From positions 1-41,560 of the forward strand of contig JAYZQJ010000195.1 in NCBI GenBank assembly GCA_036149055.1: a stretch of 41,560 bases of DNA, in the 5' to 3' direction. The notes beneath the pieces were generated by a model. The model ran no database searches, was not told the DNA's origin, and was given only the letters and a program-made list of their open reading frames with translations. The first letter of the stretch is position 1; each line of letters begins with the position of its first letter. Below are positions 9,701 to 17,676 of the stretch, piece after piece. Both the position numbers and the translations under genes were made by a program. This DNA is from Myxococcota bacterium (lineage in GTDB: Bacteria; Myxococcota_A; Polyangia; Polyangiales; Sandaracinaceae).

Positions 9701-9891
9701 AGGCGGTTGAGCGGGACCCGCGAGAGCGAGAAGAGGCCGAAGCCGACCAGGCAGAGGTAGACCATCGTGGTGGTCACCCCGCGCCGGATCGAGAAGCCGC
9801 TGAGCCCCGAGCGCTCGCGCAGCCACTTCGAGAAGGCGCGCCGTCGGCCGGTGTCCTCCTCGGACGGTGGGTCGAGCCCCTCGTCGCTCAC
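6700..9891 (-). CDS. Efflux RND transporter permease subunit (AcrB/AcrD/AcrF family)
   Basis: 1063 aa; LPEVDLPVIAVVTTYVGAGPQDVE, GMLVDNGIVVLE, MASQFESLLEPFVIM, GVVVNNGIVLID, RMRPILMTALTTILGMLP. Confidence 0.97.
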   Translation of the reverse strand: MSDEGLDPPSEEDTGRRRAFSKWLRERSGLSGFSIRRGVTTTMVYLCLVGFGLFSLSRVPLNRLPEVDLPVIAVVTTYVGAGPQDVETLLTEPIERAVASVEGVETVQSTSRQGTSIVIIQFTWGTNMDAAEVEVRKNLELFAQDFLPDEASRPLTFAFDPSLAPVMFMALDGPLDGHQLRRIATEQVQPYLGRVDGVAAAEVMGGLDREVQVRLDPAWLQANGVSPGNVADALRGANVVMPSGAVDDGTQRLNLQPTSLFTSVDEIRDVIVGQRGGRPIRLREVAEVVDTFEEETHVVTADGAPAVMVAVRKQSDANTVETARNVAEALPEIEERLPEGVQLVPLFDESRPILRSIGNLSQTMLQAFLLTGLVLLLFLRSWRTSLITVIAIPTSIVVAFVAMDALGVTLNLISMAGLALAIGMLVDNGIVVLEAAFQHIERGARPADAALAGAKEMGMPLVASTLTTVVVFMPILLVEGIAGELFRDMVLTICITLLASLVVALSLVPLMASRMIEEREPNRFERFLKRITVGLDRLAPRYERALLWALERRKRVLGFALFAFAASLSLVPFLGQDFLPAADVSEIRVEVTAAPGTALEEMRHLVGVVESTIRDAVPEAEVVTADYGTAEGFGAIFGGTANKGTLRARLPIPTERERTQQQIESELTERFRDIPGIEVKIAGFSLGGGGGDIVVKLFSEDLDQLREFGERLRGELEQVEGVREARFSMLNGAPELALRYDRERMRVLGVSPGVVASTVAAYYQGVPATVFREGGDEYAVRVRMPPESRRDLDELRYLPIPLPAGGTVPLGSLVEVGDQLGPVDIERENQRRLAKVEVSRADGTDLGSLITRVEDRIDAEGVPEGMYVEIGGTAEDLRDAFFKLAMALLSALALVYMVMASQFESLLEPFVIMFTVPLAIIGVVLALALTGTSLQVTALVGVILLGGVVVNNGIVLIDVIKRRRDDGLSLQDAALEAARTRMRPILMTALTTILGMLPLSVGVGDGAETWAPMARAVVGGMIASTVLTLFVIPVLYVMIAGARERLRAKRKRAKTPAPLREAA

Positions 9892-10994
9892 GACGCCTCC
9901 GCCACCGGGGCCGCGTGCTGCACCCGGATGGGCGCGCCGTCGCGGAGGAGGTGCTGCCCCTGCACGACCAGCTCCTCGCCGCCCTCGAGGCCGTCCTCGA
10001 TCGCGATGCGCCCGCCGTAGCGCGCGCCGAGGATCACCCGGCGACGGTGCGCGGTGCCCGCCTCCCGGTCGACGACGAACACGTGGGCCTCGCGCTCGGT
10101 GTCGGTGCGCGAGCTGAGCACGAGCGCCCGCGAGGGGGCGAGCACCTCGTCCGGGTGGCGACCGAGCACGATGGAGGCCTCGGCGACCATGCCCGGCCGC
10201 AGCCGGCCGTCCTCGTTGTCGACCGCGACCTCGACGAGCGCGGTGCGGGTCATCGGGTCGAGCACCGGCGAGATGCGGCTCACCGTGCCCTCGCGGCGCA
10301 CGTCCGGGAGCGCGGGCGGCGCGAGCTCGACCGGCATGCCCTCCCGGAGGCGCACGTAGTCCTGCTCGGTCACCCGGAGCTGCACCTTCAGCCGCTCCGC
10401 CTGCACGACGCTGCAGATCGGCACGCTCGGCGCGACCATGTCGCCCTGCTGCACCGAGAGCAGCGCGACGATTCCGTCGATCGGCGCGCGCACGACCGTC
10501 CGGGACCGCTGCTCGCCCGCGGTGCGTCGCGCGGCCCGCATCTGGGCCACCTGGGCCTCGCTGGTCCGCAGCTGCGCCTCGAGCGTCTCGAGCTGGGTCC
10601 GGGGCAGCGCGCCCTCCCCCACCAGCCGCCGCACGCGGGCGAGGTCGGCGGTCAGCTGGTCCCGGGCCGCCTCCGCCGCCTGGGCGGCCGCGCTCGCCTG
10701 CTGCACGCTGCTCGCCTGGAGGTCGGCGTCGAGGGTGACGAGCGGATCGCCCGCCGAGACCCGGTCGCCCTCCTGGACGTGCAGCACCCGGATGCGCTCG
10801 GGCATCTGGGCGAAGACCCGCACCTCGTTCTCGCCGCGCACGTCGCCGAGGAGCCGCACCCGATCGACGGCGTCCTCGACCACCACCGCCTCGGTGATCA
10901 CCAGGCGCGGCGGCTCCTCCGGCGGCGGTTCGTCCGCGAACCGGTCACAGCCGAGAGCCACGAGGAGGGCCAGGAGCGGTGCGGCGCGGTGCAT
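9888..10994 (-). CDS. Efflux RND transporter periplasmic adaptor (membrane fusion protein)
   Basis: Lipoprotein-like signal (LLVALGC); VQEGDRVSAGDPL lipoyl half, coiled-coil hairpin, VRAPIDG, GTVSRISPVLDPMTRT, LRPGM. Confidence 0.95.
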   Translation of the reverse strand: MHRAAPLLALLVALGCDRFADEPPPEEPPRLVITEAVVVEDAVDRVRLLGDVRGENEVRVFAQMPERIRVLHVQEGDRVSAGDPLVTLDADLQASSVQQASAAAQAAEAARDQLTADLARVRRLVGEGALPRTQLETLEAQLRTSEAQVAQMRAARRTAGEQRSRTVVRAPIDGIVALLSVQQGDMVAPSVPICSVVQAERLKVQLRVTEQDYVRLREGMPVELAPPALPDVRREGTVSRISPVLDPMTRTALVEVAVDNEDGRLRPGMVAEASIVLGRHPDEVLAPSRALVLSSRTDTEREAHVFVVDREAGTAHRRRVILGARYGGRIAIEDGLEGGEELVVQGQHLLRDGAPIRVQHAAPVAEAS

Positions 10995-11072
10995 GGGGCT
11001 GGTCGAACGTCCGGCGGACGGACCCTCTTCCGCCGCGGACTCCGCAAAGCTAGGGCTCGCTCGGGCCGATGG

Positions 11073-11711
11073 CTACCCGGCGAGCGTCTCGAGCTCCGAC
11101 GCCTCGCGCACGACCCGGACCTTCACCCGGGGGAGCTGGAGGGACAGGGTCGAGCTCATGAAGCCGATCGAGGGCGACGCGTGCACGAGCACGACCTCCT
11201 GGAGGCCGACCCGCCCGCGCAGCGCTGGGGCGAGGTGCTCCATGACCTCGCGGGTCGGGCGCCGCTGCCCCTCGAAGAGGATCGCGATGCGGGGCGCGAG
11301 CCCGAGCTCGGCCAGCGACGCCGCGATCGACGCCTCGTTGGCGTCGCCGGCCAGCTGCACGATCGCGTAGCGCAGCCGCTCGCCGCTCTTGCGCAGCCCA
11401 TCGCCGCCGGCCACGCCCGCCTCGGCGCGCTTCATCGCCCGCACCGAGACGCGGGGCAGCCGGAGCTGCAGGCTCGAGGCGACGAAGCCGATGGAGCTGG
11501 CGTCGTGCACCAGGATCAGCTCGGCGAGGCCGGGGCGCGCGACGGCGGCGCTCACCACCGCCTCGGCGAAGGCGGCGTCGGGCCGCACGGTCGGCGCGAG
11601 GACGAGCACCCCGCGGGTCACGCCGCGGTCGGCGAAGCGGGCGAACGCGGCGTCGAGCTCCGCGATGTCCGAGATCCGGACCTGCTCACTGTCCCCCGAG
11701 TCCGCTTTCAC
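11073..11711 (-). CDS. Hypothetical protein made of two internally repeated ~100-aa alpha/beta domains (possibly STAS/SpoIIAA-like)
   Basis: GLAELILVHDASSIGFVASSLQLRLPRVSVRA vs GLQEVVLVHASPSIGFMSSTLSLQLPRVKVRV; GTG start overlaps the desulfurase stop. Confidence 0.75.
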   Translation of the reverse strand: MKADSGDSEQVRISDIAELDAAFARFADRGVTRGVLVLAPTVRPDAAFAEAVVSAAVARPGLAELILVHDASSIGFVASSLQLRLPRVSVRAMKRAEAGVAGGDGLRKSGERLRYAIVQLAGDANEASIAASLAELGLAPRIAILFEGQRRPTREVMEHLAPALRGRVGLQEVVLVHASPSIGFMSSTLSLQLPRVKVRVVREASELETLAG

Positions 11712-12772
11712 GTCGCCTTCCGTCTCAGCGCTCGCAGAGCCCGCGTGAGCTCTTCGAGGTCACTGTCTGGTGTACCACGTCCAGCGGAGACCCGCAGCGC
11801 TCCTTCGTGGCCACTCCCGAGGTAGGCGTGGGCCCGCGGCGCGCAATGGAGCCCGGCGCGGGTCACGATCCCGAAGCTGCGATCGAGCAGCTCCTCGAGC
11901 ACCAGCGGCGGCCAGCCCTCGACCGCGAAGCTCACCACCGGCAGGGCGCCCGCGCCGATCGGCGAGAGATCGGCGCGCCGCACCGCCTCCCGGAGCGCCC
12001 GCCCCGCCGCCTCCCAGTCCCAGGGCTCGGCGACCCGGGCCGCGGCGCCGAGCGCGGCGATGCCCGGGAGGTTCGCGGTGCCGCTCTCGAGCCGGGCCGG
12101 GAGCGCGTCCGGGACGTCGTCGGCCGCCGAGTCGAACCCCACGCCGCCGCGCACCAGCGGCTCGAGCTGCACCTCGGGCCGCAGCACGAGCGCGCCCGCG
12201 CCCGGGATCGCGGCGAGCCCCTTGTGGGCCGAGAACGCGACCGCGTGCGCCTCGGGGAGCGGCACGGTCCCGGCGGTCTGCGCCGCGTCGACGATCACCG
12301 CGGCCCCGAGCCGGGCGGCGCGCTCGAGGAGGGCCTCGACCGGCTGCAGCAGGCCGGAGACGTTCGAGCCGTGGGTGACCACGAGCAGATCGAGGTCGGG
12401 CGGCCACTCGGCGTCGAGCGCGATCCGGCCGTCGGGGTCGGCGGGGAGGTCGAAGGTGGGCGCGCCCAGGGCCCGCGCGGGCCGGAGCGCGGCGTTGTGC
12501 AGGAGCGGCCCGAGCCCCACCCTCCGCGGTCGCGGGCGCCAGCCGAGGATCGCCTGGTTGAGCGCGTGGGTCGCGCCCGGGATGAAGCAGACGACGCCGC
12601 CTCCGCCGAGCGCGGCGACGCTGGCCCGCGCCTCCTCCACCAGGGCGCGCGCCGCCTCCTGCGGGCCGTGCCGACCGCGCCCCGGCGAGACCATCTCCAT
12701 CGCCGCGGTGGCCGCCGCGATCGCCTCGGGGCGGCGCGGGAGCGAGGTCGCGGCGTGGTCGAGGTAGATCAC
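11708..12772 (-). CDS. Aminotransferase class V PLP enzyme; cysteine desulfurase/selenocysteine lyase-like (group II-type motif)
   Basis: IYLDHAATS, THGSNVSG, VDAAQTAG, FSAHK (PLP Lys), LESGTAN, RAGLHCAP (catalytic Cys). Confidence 0.92.
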   Translation of the reverse strand: MIYLDHAATSLPRRPEAIAAATAAMEMVSPGRGRHGPQEAARALVEEARASVAALGGGGVVCFIPGATHALNQAILGWRPRPRRVGLGPLLHNAALRPARALGAPTFDLPADPDGRIALDAEWPPDLDLLVVTHGSNVSGLLQPVEALLERAARLGAAVIVDAAQTAGTVPLPEAHAVAFSAHKGLAAIPGAGALVLRPEVQLEPLVRGGVGFDSAADDVPDALPARLESGTANLPGIAALGAAARVAEPWDWEAAGRALREAVRRADLSPIGAGALPVVSFAVEGWPPLVLEELLDRSFGIVTRAGLHCAPRAHAYLGSGHEGALRVSAGRGTPDSDLEELTRALRALRRKAT

Positions 12773-13062
12773 GACGTCGACCGGGCGGCGAGGCGCTCCG
12801 CCGCCTCGAGGGCGAGCTCGAGCGCCCGGTCGCGCACCGCCATCCGGACGGTGAAGCGGACCCGCGGGTCCGACACGATGCCGGTGAGCAGGAAGCGGCC
12901 GGGCACGTCGAGGCGGAAGAACGGCCGGGGTAGGTGCGCGAGCACGGTGCGCGTCTCGACGCCCTCGATGCGGTCGAGGTCCTCGAGGCGCACCGGCCGG
13001 GGGAGCTCGATCTCGACGATCCGCTCCCCCCCGAGGCAGTCGCGCTGGACCAGGACCTTCAC
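12769..13062 (-). CDS. Small hypothetical protein (~97 aa) with a single N-terminal Cys; apparent homolog of 39329..39649
   Basis: VKVLVQRDCLGGERIVEIELP...LPRPFFRLDVPGRFLLTG...RVRFTVR; GTGA overlaps at both ends. Confidence 0.75.
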   Translation of the reverse strand: MKVLVQRDCLGGERIVEIELPRPVRLEDLDRIEGVETRTVLAHLPRPFFRLDVPGRFLLTGIVSDPRVRFTVRMAVRDRALELALEAAERLAARSTS

Positions 13063-13709
13063 GCGCGGCGCGCGACGACCTCGCAGCGCTCGGCGCCCGC
13101 GGCTCGGCAGGCGACCTCCTCCGCCACGAACCGACCGGTCCCGGCGAAGAGCTCCGCGTAGTAGTCCGGGGTGAGCGCGGGGCGGGCGAGGATGTCGCCG
13201 TGGTAGATGAGGTTCATGATCCCGGCGACCCCGCCGGTGGCCAGGAAGCAGACCGAGCCGACCTTCGAGGTGCCGTGCGTTTCGAGGTAGCCGGTGCTCT
13301 CGTAGCTGTTGTCGACGCGGACCCGCAGCTCCTCGCCCGGGGTCAGCCCCTCGAGGCGCCAGCGGCCCCACCCGAGCGCGTTGATCACCGAGACGATGCC
13401 CGGGACCCAGTCGTCGCGGCCGCTCAGCATCGGCCCGACCACCGCCTCCCACTCCTGCGACAGCATGATGCCGCCGAACGTGTTGAAGGCGCAGACGTGG
13501 CCGGCCTCGATCAGCGCCGCGCGCGCCTTCGCGACCGCCTCCGGGCCCTCCTGGTGGGCGGCGTGCAGGCAGGCGTAGGAGACGTGGTTGTAGTAGTCGG
13601 CGTAGTGCCGGGTCAGGTAGAGGCCGAAGGCCGGGATCAGCCCCTCCTCGTTGCCGACCAGCGGCAGGCCCCCGACCGCCTCCACGATCGCGCGCTCGTC
13701 GACGCTCAT
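13059..13709 (-). CDS. V4R (4-vinyl reductase)-domain protein, type b
   Basis: ALGWGRW, VCFLATGGVAG, EEVACRAAGAERCEV (V4R E..C...G...C motif); ATG at 13709 overlaps the upstream TGA. Confidence 0.85.
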   Translation of the reverse strand: MSVDERAIVEAVGGLPLVGNEEGLIPAFGLYLTRHYADYYNHVSYACLHAAHQEGPEAVAKARAALIEAGHVCAFNTFGGIMLSQEWEAVVGPMLSGRDDWVPGIVSVINALGWGRWRLEGLTPGEELRVRVDNSYESTGYLETHGTSKVGSVCFLATGGVAGIMNLIYHGDILARPALTPDYYAELFAGTGRFVAEEVACRAAGAERCEVVARRA

Positions 13710-14221
13710 CGGGCCACCTCTCCTTCGGACACGCGCACGTCGAAGACGCAGTCCTCGGCGCCGGCGGCGTAGCAGCCGCGCTCCTCGACCGTGACCGACT
13801 CGAGCGGGAGGCCGTGGGCGACGGCGACCGCGCCCTGGATGAAGCCGGCCGGGAAGAAGCAGGCGGGCGTCTCGCGCGGCCCGTGCACCGCGGTCCAGCC
13901 CATCGCGTAGTGCGAGGCCTGCACCTTCGCCGCGCCGCCGCGCGCGCCGACCCCGGAGAGATCGAGCAGCCCGAAGCCCAGCTCCCGGAACGCGGCCTCC
14001 GCGAACGCGGGGATGTCCTCGATCGCGTCTCCCAGCCCGGTGAGCTGTGCGTGAATCGCGCGGGCGGCGCCTTCGGTGAGCACCTTCGGAGCCCGCTCGC
14101 CCATGCCCTCCTCGATCGCTCGCTGCAGGGCGCAGTTGTAGAAGTGGCAATGGAACACGAGGCTCCGGCCGCCGGAGAGGACGACCGCGCGCTCGGCGTC
14201 GAACTGGATGGGAACGCTCAA
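13706..14221 (-). CDS. V4R-domain protein, type a
   Basis: ELGFGLL, PACFFPAGFIQG, EERGCYAAGAEDCVF; TTG start at 14221 preceded by GGAGGT on the minus strand (14228-14233). Confidence 0.85.
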   Translation of the reverse strand: MSVPIQFDAERAVVLSGGRSLVFHCHFYNCALQRAIEEGMGERAPKVLTEGAARAIHAQLTGLGDAIEDIPAFAEAAFRELGFGLLDLSGVGARGGAAKVQASHYAMGWTAVHGPRETPACFFPAGFIQGAVAVAHGLPLESVTVEERGCYAAGAEDCVFDVRVSEGEVAR

Positions 14222-14369
14222 CCCGGGACCTCCAGCTCCAAGATACGCGGGCGTGGCCCCGTCTGGAAGCGCGCAGTTTTCTCCGAGCCTCCCGCGCAGC
14301 GCTTGCGCAGCGACCGACCCGAAGGCCCCTGTCCTCGGGCTGGGTCCGCGCATTGCTCCGCCATCGAAA

Positions 14370-14385
14370 CGGCACGCGGGATGCC
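14370..14385 (+). promoter_or_regulatory. Candidate sigma-54 (-24/-12) promoter for the SET gene
   Basis: CGGCACGCGGGATGCC has GG-N10-GC spacing and a GGCACG core; an AAGGAGG RBS and ATG at 14419 follow at a suitable distance. Confidence 0.45.
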
Positions 14386-14418
14386 TAGCCCGCGGACACG
14401 ACCAAAGGAGGTCCCCGA

Positions 14419-15045
14419 ATGCTCCACCCGAAGACCCGCCTCGCCTGGATCTCGGACGAGGTGGGCTATGGCGTCCTCGCCACCGAAGACATCCCCCGCG
14501 GCACGATCCTCTGGGCGCTCGACCCGCTCGACCGTGTGCTCTCCCCGGCCGACGTGAAGCGCCTCGATCCCGCCCTCTGGCCGATCCTCGAGACGTACAC
14601 CTACGTCACCGGGCGCGGCGACCGCATCCTGTGCTGGGACCACGGCCGGTTCATGAACCACAGCTGCGAGCCGGTGTCGCTCAGCCCGGGGGTCGACTTC
14701 GAGCTGGCGGTGCGGGACATCCGCGCCGGCGAGGAGATCACGTGTGACTACGGGTCGCTCAACCTCGAGCACGACCTCAACTGCCTCTGCGGCAGCCCGA
14801 TCTGCCGGGGCGTGATCCGAGCGTCGGACTTCGAGGCGCTGGCCCCGAGCTGGGACGCGCGTCTGCAGGCGGCGGTGGTGCACGCGACCGAGGTCTCCCA
14901 GCCGCTGCTCCCGTTCGTGAAGGACGCCGAGCAGCTCGCGCGCTGGGCGGCCCACCCGGCGGAGCTCCCGTCCGCGCTGCGTCACCGCTACCCGATCCGC
15001 GACGTCATCGCGGGCGCGCCGCGCCTGAACGATCGCATCGCCTGA
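14419..15045 (+). CDS. SET-domain protein-lysine methyltransferase with post-SET motif
   Basis: GYGVLATEDIPRG, RFMNHSCEP, AVRDIRAGEEITCDY, CLCGSPICRG. Confidence 0.93.
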   Translation: MLHPKTRLAWISDEVGYGVLATEDIPRGTILWALDPLDRVLSPADVKRLDPALWPILETYTYVTGRGDRILCWDHGRFMNHSCEPVSLSPGVDFELAVRDIRAGEEITCDYGSLNLEHDLNCLCGSPICRGVIRASDFEALAPSWDARLQAAVVHATEVSQPLLPFVKDAEQLARWAAHPAELPSALRHRYPIRDVIAGAPRLNDRIA

Positions 15046-15065
15046 TCGGCGGTTACCCTCGGAGC

Positions 15066-16658
15066 ATGGCCAAGGGCAAGCGGGGCGCGAAGAGCCCCTT
15101 CAAGCTGCGCCGCGCGCGGCTCGCCGACGTCGAAGGACTGTGGGCGTGTCAGCGCGCGGCGTACGCGTCGATGCCGGAGAGCGGCCTCTGCAGCCGCCGG
15201 CAGCTCGAGATGCAGCTGCGCACCTTCCCGGAGGGGCAGCTCGTCGTGGTGCACGAGAAGGTCGTCGTCGGCTACGCGATGAGCCTGATCGTGACGCTCG
15301 ACGAGGAGTCGCCCTGGTACAGCTACGGCGAGATCACCGGGCAAGGCAGCTTCAGCACCCACACCCCGAGCGGGGACACGCTCTACGGCGCCGACATCGC
15401 CGTGCACCCGGACTTCCGCGGCCGCGGGGTCGCGAAGCTCTTGTACGACGGCCGCAAGGCGGTGCTCGAGCGCTTCAACCTCCGCCGCATGGTCGCGGGC
15501 GGCCGGATCCCCGGCTACCACGCGCACGCCGGCAAGCTCACCGCCGAGCAGTACGTGGCCGAGGTGGAGGCCGGCGCGCTGCGCGATCCGGCGCTGAGCG
15601 TGCACCTGAAGGTCGGCTACCGGGTGCGCGGCGTGCACCACGGCTACCTCCGGGACGAGCAGAGCCTCGACTACGCCACCTACCTGGAGATGGACAACCC
15701 GCGCTTCCACTCCCAGCGCCGCCGGATCGCCGCCGCGCCGCTCAAGCGGCCGGTCCGCCGCATCCGGGTGTGCACCGCGCAGTACCAGATGCGCCCCATC
15801 GAGGGCTGGGAGGCGCTCGAGCGGCAGGTCGCGTTCTTCGTGCGCACCGCCGAGCAGTACCACTGCCACTTCCTGGTGATGCCCGAGCTGTTCACCTGTC
15901 AGCTCTTCAGCAGCTTCGCCCACGGCACCTCGGAGCGCGAGGGCATCGCGCTGCTCGCCGACGAGGCGCCGCGCTACGTGGAGCTGTTCCGGCGGCACGC
16001 CCGCCAGAGCGGCCTCTTCATCTGCGCGGGCAGCCACCCCACCCGGGTCGAGGTCGAGGGTGAGACGGAGATCCAGAACGTCGCCCACTTCTTCACGCCG
16101 GCGGGCGAGGTGCACACCCAGGCCAAGCTCCACGTCTCGCCCACCGAGCGCGACGTCTACGGCATGACGCCCGGCAACGGGCTGCGGGTGTTCGACACCG
16201 GCCACGCGCGGGTCGCGATGCTCCTCTGCTACGACATCGAGTTCCCGGAGCTGTCGCGCCTCCTGACCCTCGCCGGCGCCGAGGTCCTGATCGTCCCGGT
16301 GAGCACCGACGAGCGGAAGGCGTACCTGCGGGTCCGCTACTCGGCCCACGCGCGCGCGGTCGAGAACATCGTCTACGTGATCCTGAGCTGCAACGTCGGC
16401 AACCTGCCCGAGGTCGACAACTTCCTCATCAACTACGGCCACTCGGCGATCTGCACGCCGAGCGACTTCGCCTTCCCCACCGACGGCCTCGCCGCGGTCG
16501 CCGACACGGGCGTCGAGACCGTGGTCATCGCCGACCTCGACCTCGACGCCCTGCATCAGTCGCGCGAGATCGGCAGCGTGCGACCGCTCCGCGATCGCCG
16601 CGCCGATCTCTACGAGCTCGTCGCCAAGACCCCGGTCGAGGTCATCCGCACCGAGTGA
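15066..16658 (+). CDS. Bifunctional GNAT N-acetyltransferase / carbon-nitrogen hydrolase family protein
   Basis: N-terminal AVHPDFRGRGVAKLLY and GGRIPGY; C-terminal nitrilase triad context MPELF, QAKLH, LLCYDIEFPE. Confidence 0.93.
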   Translation: MAKGKRGAKSPFKLRRARLADVEGLWACQRAAYASMPESGLCSRRQLEMQLRTFPEGQLVVVHEKVVVGYAMSLIVTLDEESPWYSYGEITGQGSFSTHTPSGDTLYGADIAVHPDFRGRGVAKLLYDGRKAVLERFNLRRMVAGGRIPGYHAHAGKLTAEQYVAEVEAGALRDPALSVHLKVGYRVRGVHHGYLRDEQSLDYATYLEMDNPRFHSQRRRIAAAPLKRPVRRIRVCTAQYQMRPIEGWEALERQVAFFVRTAEQYHCHFLVMPELFTCQLFSSFAHGTSEREGIALLADEAPRYVELFRRHARQSGLFICAGSHPTRVEVEGETEIQNVAHFFTPAGEVHTQAKLHVSPTERDVYGMTPGNGLRVFDTGHARVAMLLCYDIEFPELSRLLTLAGAEVLIVPVSTDERKAYLRVRYSAHARAVENIVYVILSCNVGNLPEVDNFLINYGHSAICTPSDFAFPTDGLAAVADTGVETVVIADLDLDALHQSREIGSVRPLRDRRADLYELVAKTPVEVIRTE

Positions 16659-16663
16659 GGGCG

Positions 16664-17566
16664 TCAGCCCTCGGCGCGATCCTTCGTCTTGCCGGGCTTG
16701 GCGTTCTTCTCGAGGAACTCGATGATGGCGCCGGCGACGTCCTTCTCGGTGCTGCCCTCGATGCCCTCGAGGCCGGGGGAGGAGTTCACCTCCATGACGA
16801 CGGGGCCGTGGTTGCTGCGCAGCATGTCGACGCCGGCGACGTTGAGGCGGAGCACCTTGGCGGCGCGGACCGCGGTCTGACGCTCCTCGGGCGAGAGCTT
16901 CACCTTGGTGGCGCTGCCGCCGCGGTGGAGGTTGCTCCGGAACTCGCCTTCGGGGCCCTGCCGCTTCATCGCGGCCACGACCTTGCCGCCGACGACGAAG
17001 CAGCGCAGATCGCTGCCGCCCGCCTCCTTGATGAACTCCTGGACGAGGATGTTCGCGTCGAGCTGACGGAAGGCGCTGATGACCGACTCGGCCGCCTTGT
17101 CGGTCTCGGCGAGGACCACGCCCACGCCCTGGGTCCCCTCGAGCAGCTTGATCACCAGCGGCGCGCCGCCGACGATCTCGATGAGCGAGTCGATGTCCTT
17201 CGGGCTGCGCGCGAAGCTCGTGACCGGCAGCCCGATGCCCTCGCGGGCCAGGAGCTGCAGGCAGCGGAGCTTGTCCCGCGAGCGGCTGATCGCCTGCGAG
17301 GTGTTGGCGCTGTAGATGCCCATCATCTCGAACTGGCGCACTACGGCCGTGCCGTAGAACGTCATCGAGGCGCCGATGCGCGGGATGACCGCGTCGAAGT
17401 GCAGCGGCTCGCCGCCCAGCAGGACCTGCGGGCGGTGCGAGGTGATGTTCATGTAACAGCGCGCGTAGTCGACCACGCGGACCTCGTGCCCGCGCTTCTT
17501 CGCCGCCTCCTTGAGCCGCGAGGTGGAGTAGAGCGACGCCTTCTGAGAGAGAATTCCGATCTTCAA
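16664..17566 (-). CDS. rimK: Ribosomal protein S6-L-glutamate ligase RimK (ATP-grasp)
   Basis: 300 aa from TTG at 17566; [49 protein letters not shown]. Confidence 0.95.
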   Translation of the reverse strand: MKIGILSQKASLYSTSRLKEAAKKRGHEVRVVDYARCYMNITSHRPQVLLGGEPLHFDAVIPRIGASMTFYGTAVVRQFEMMGIYSANTSQAISRSRDKLRCLQLLAREGIGLPVTSFARSPKDIDSLIEIVGGAPLVIKLLEGTQGVGVVLAETDKAAESVISAFRQLDANILVQEFIKEAGGSDLRCFVVGGKVVAAMKRQGPEGEFRSNLHRGGSATKVKLSPEERQTAVRAAKVLRLNVAGVDMLRSNHGPVVMEVNSSPGLEGIEGSTEKDVAGAIIEFLEKNAKPGKTKDRAEG

Positions 17567-17676
17567 GCCGGTCCCCTTTCCGCTGGAACCACCTCCATGT
17601 AAACACGGCCGCCCACCGGCCGGCCACACTCTCGGAAACCGCCGAAAGGTGACATTTCGCTGGCGTCCCTGGTGAA

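Noticed and set aside
5039..9826. 1595-aa ORF as a single protein
   Set aside because: The N-terminal ~1040 aa is an Arg/Pro-rich off-frame read of the RND gene; only 5039..6703 looks coding.
11708..12772. Assigning sufS/csdA or iscS symbols to the two desulfurases
   Set aside because: Family membership is clear, but orthology is not supported: there is no suf/isc context and both sequences are divergent.
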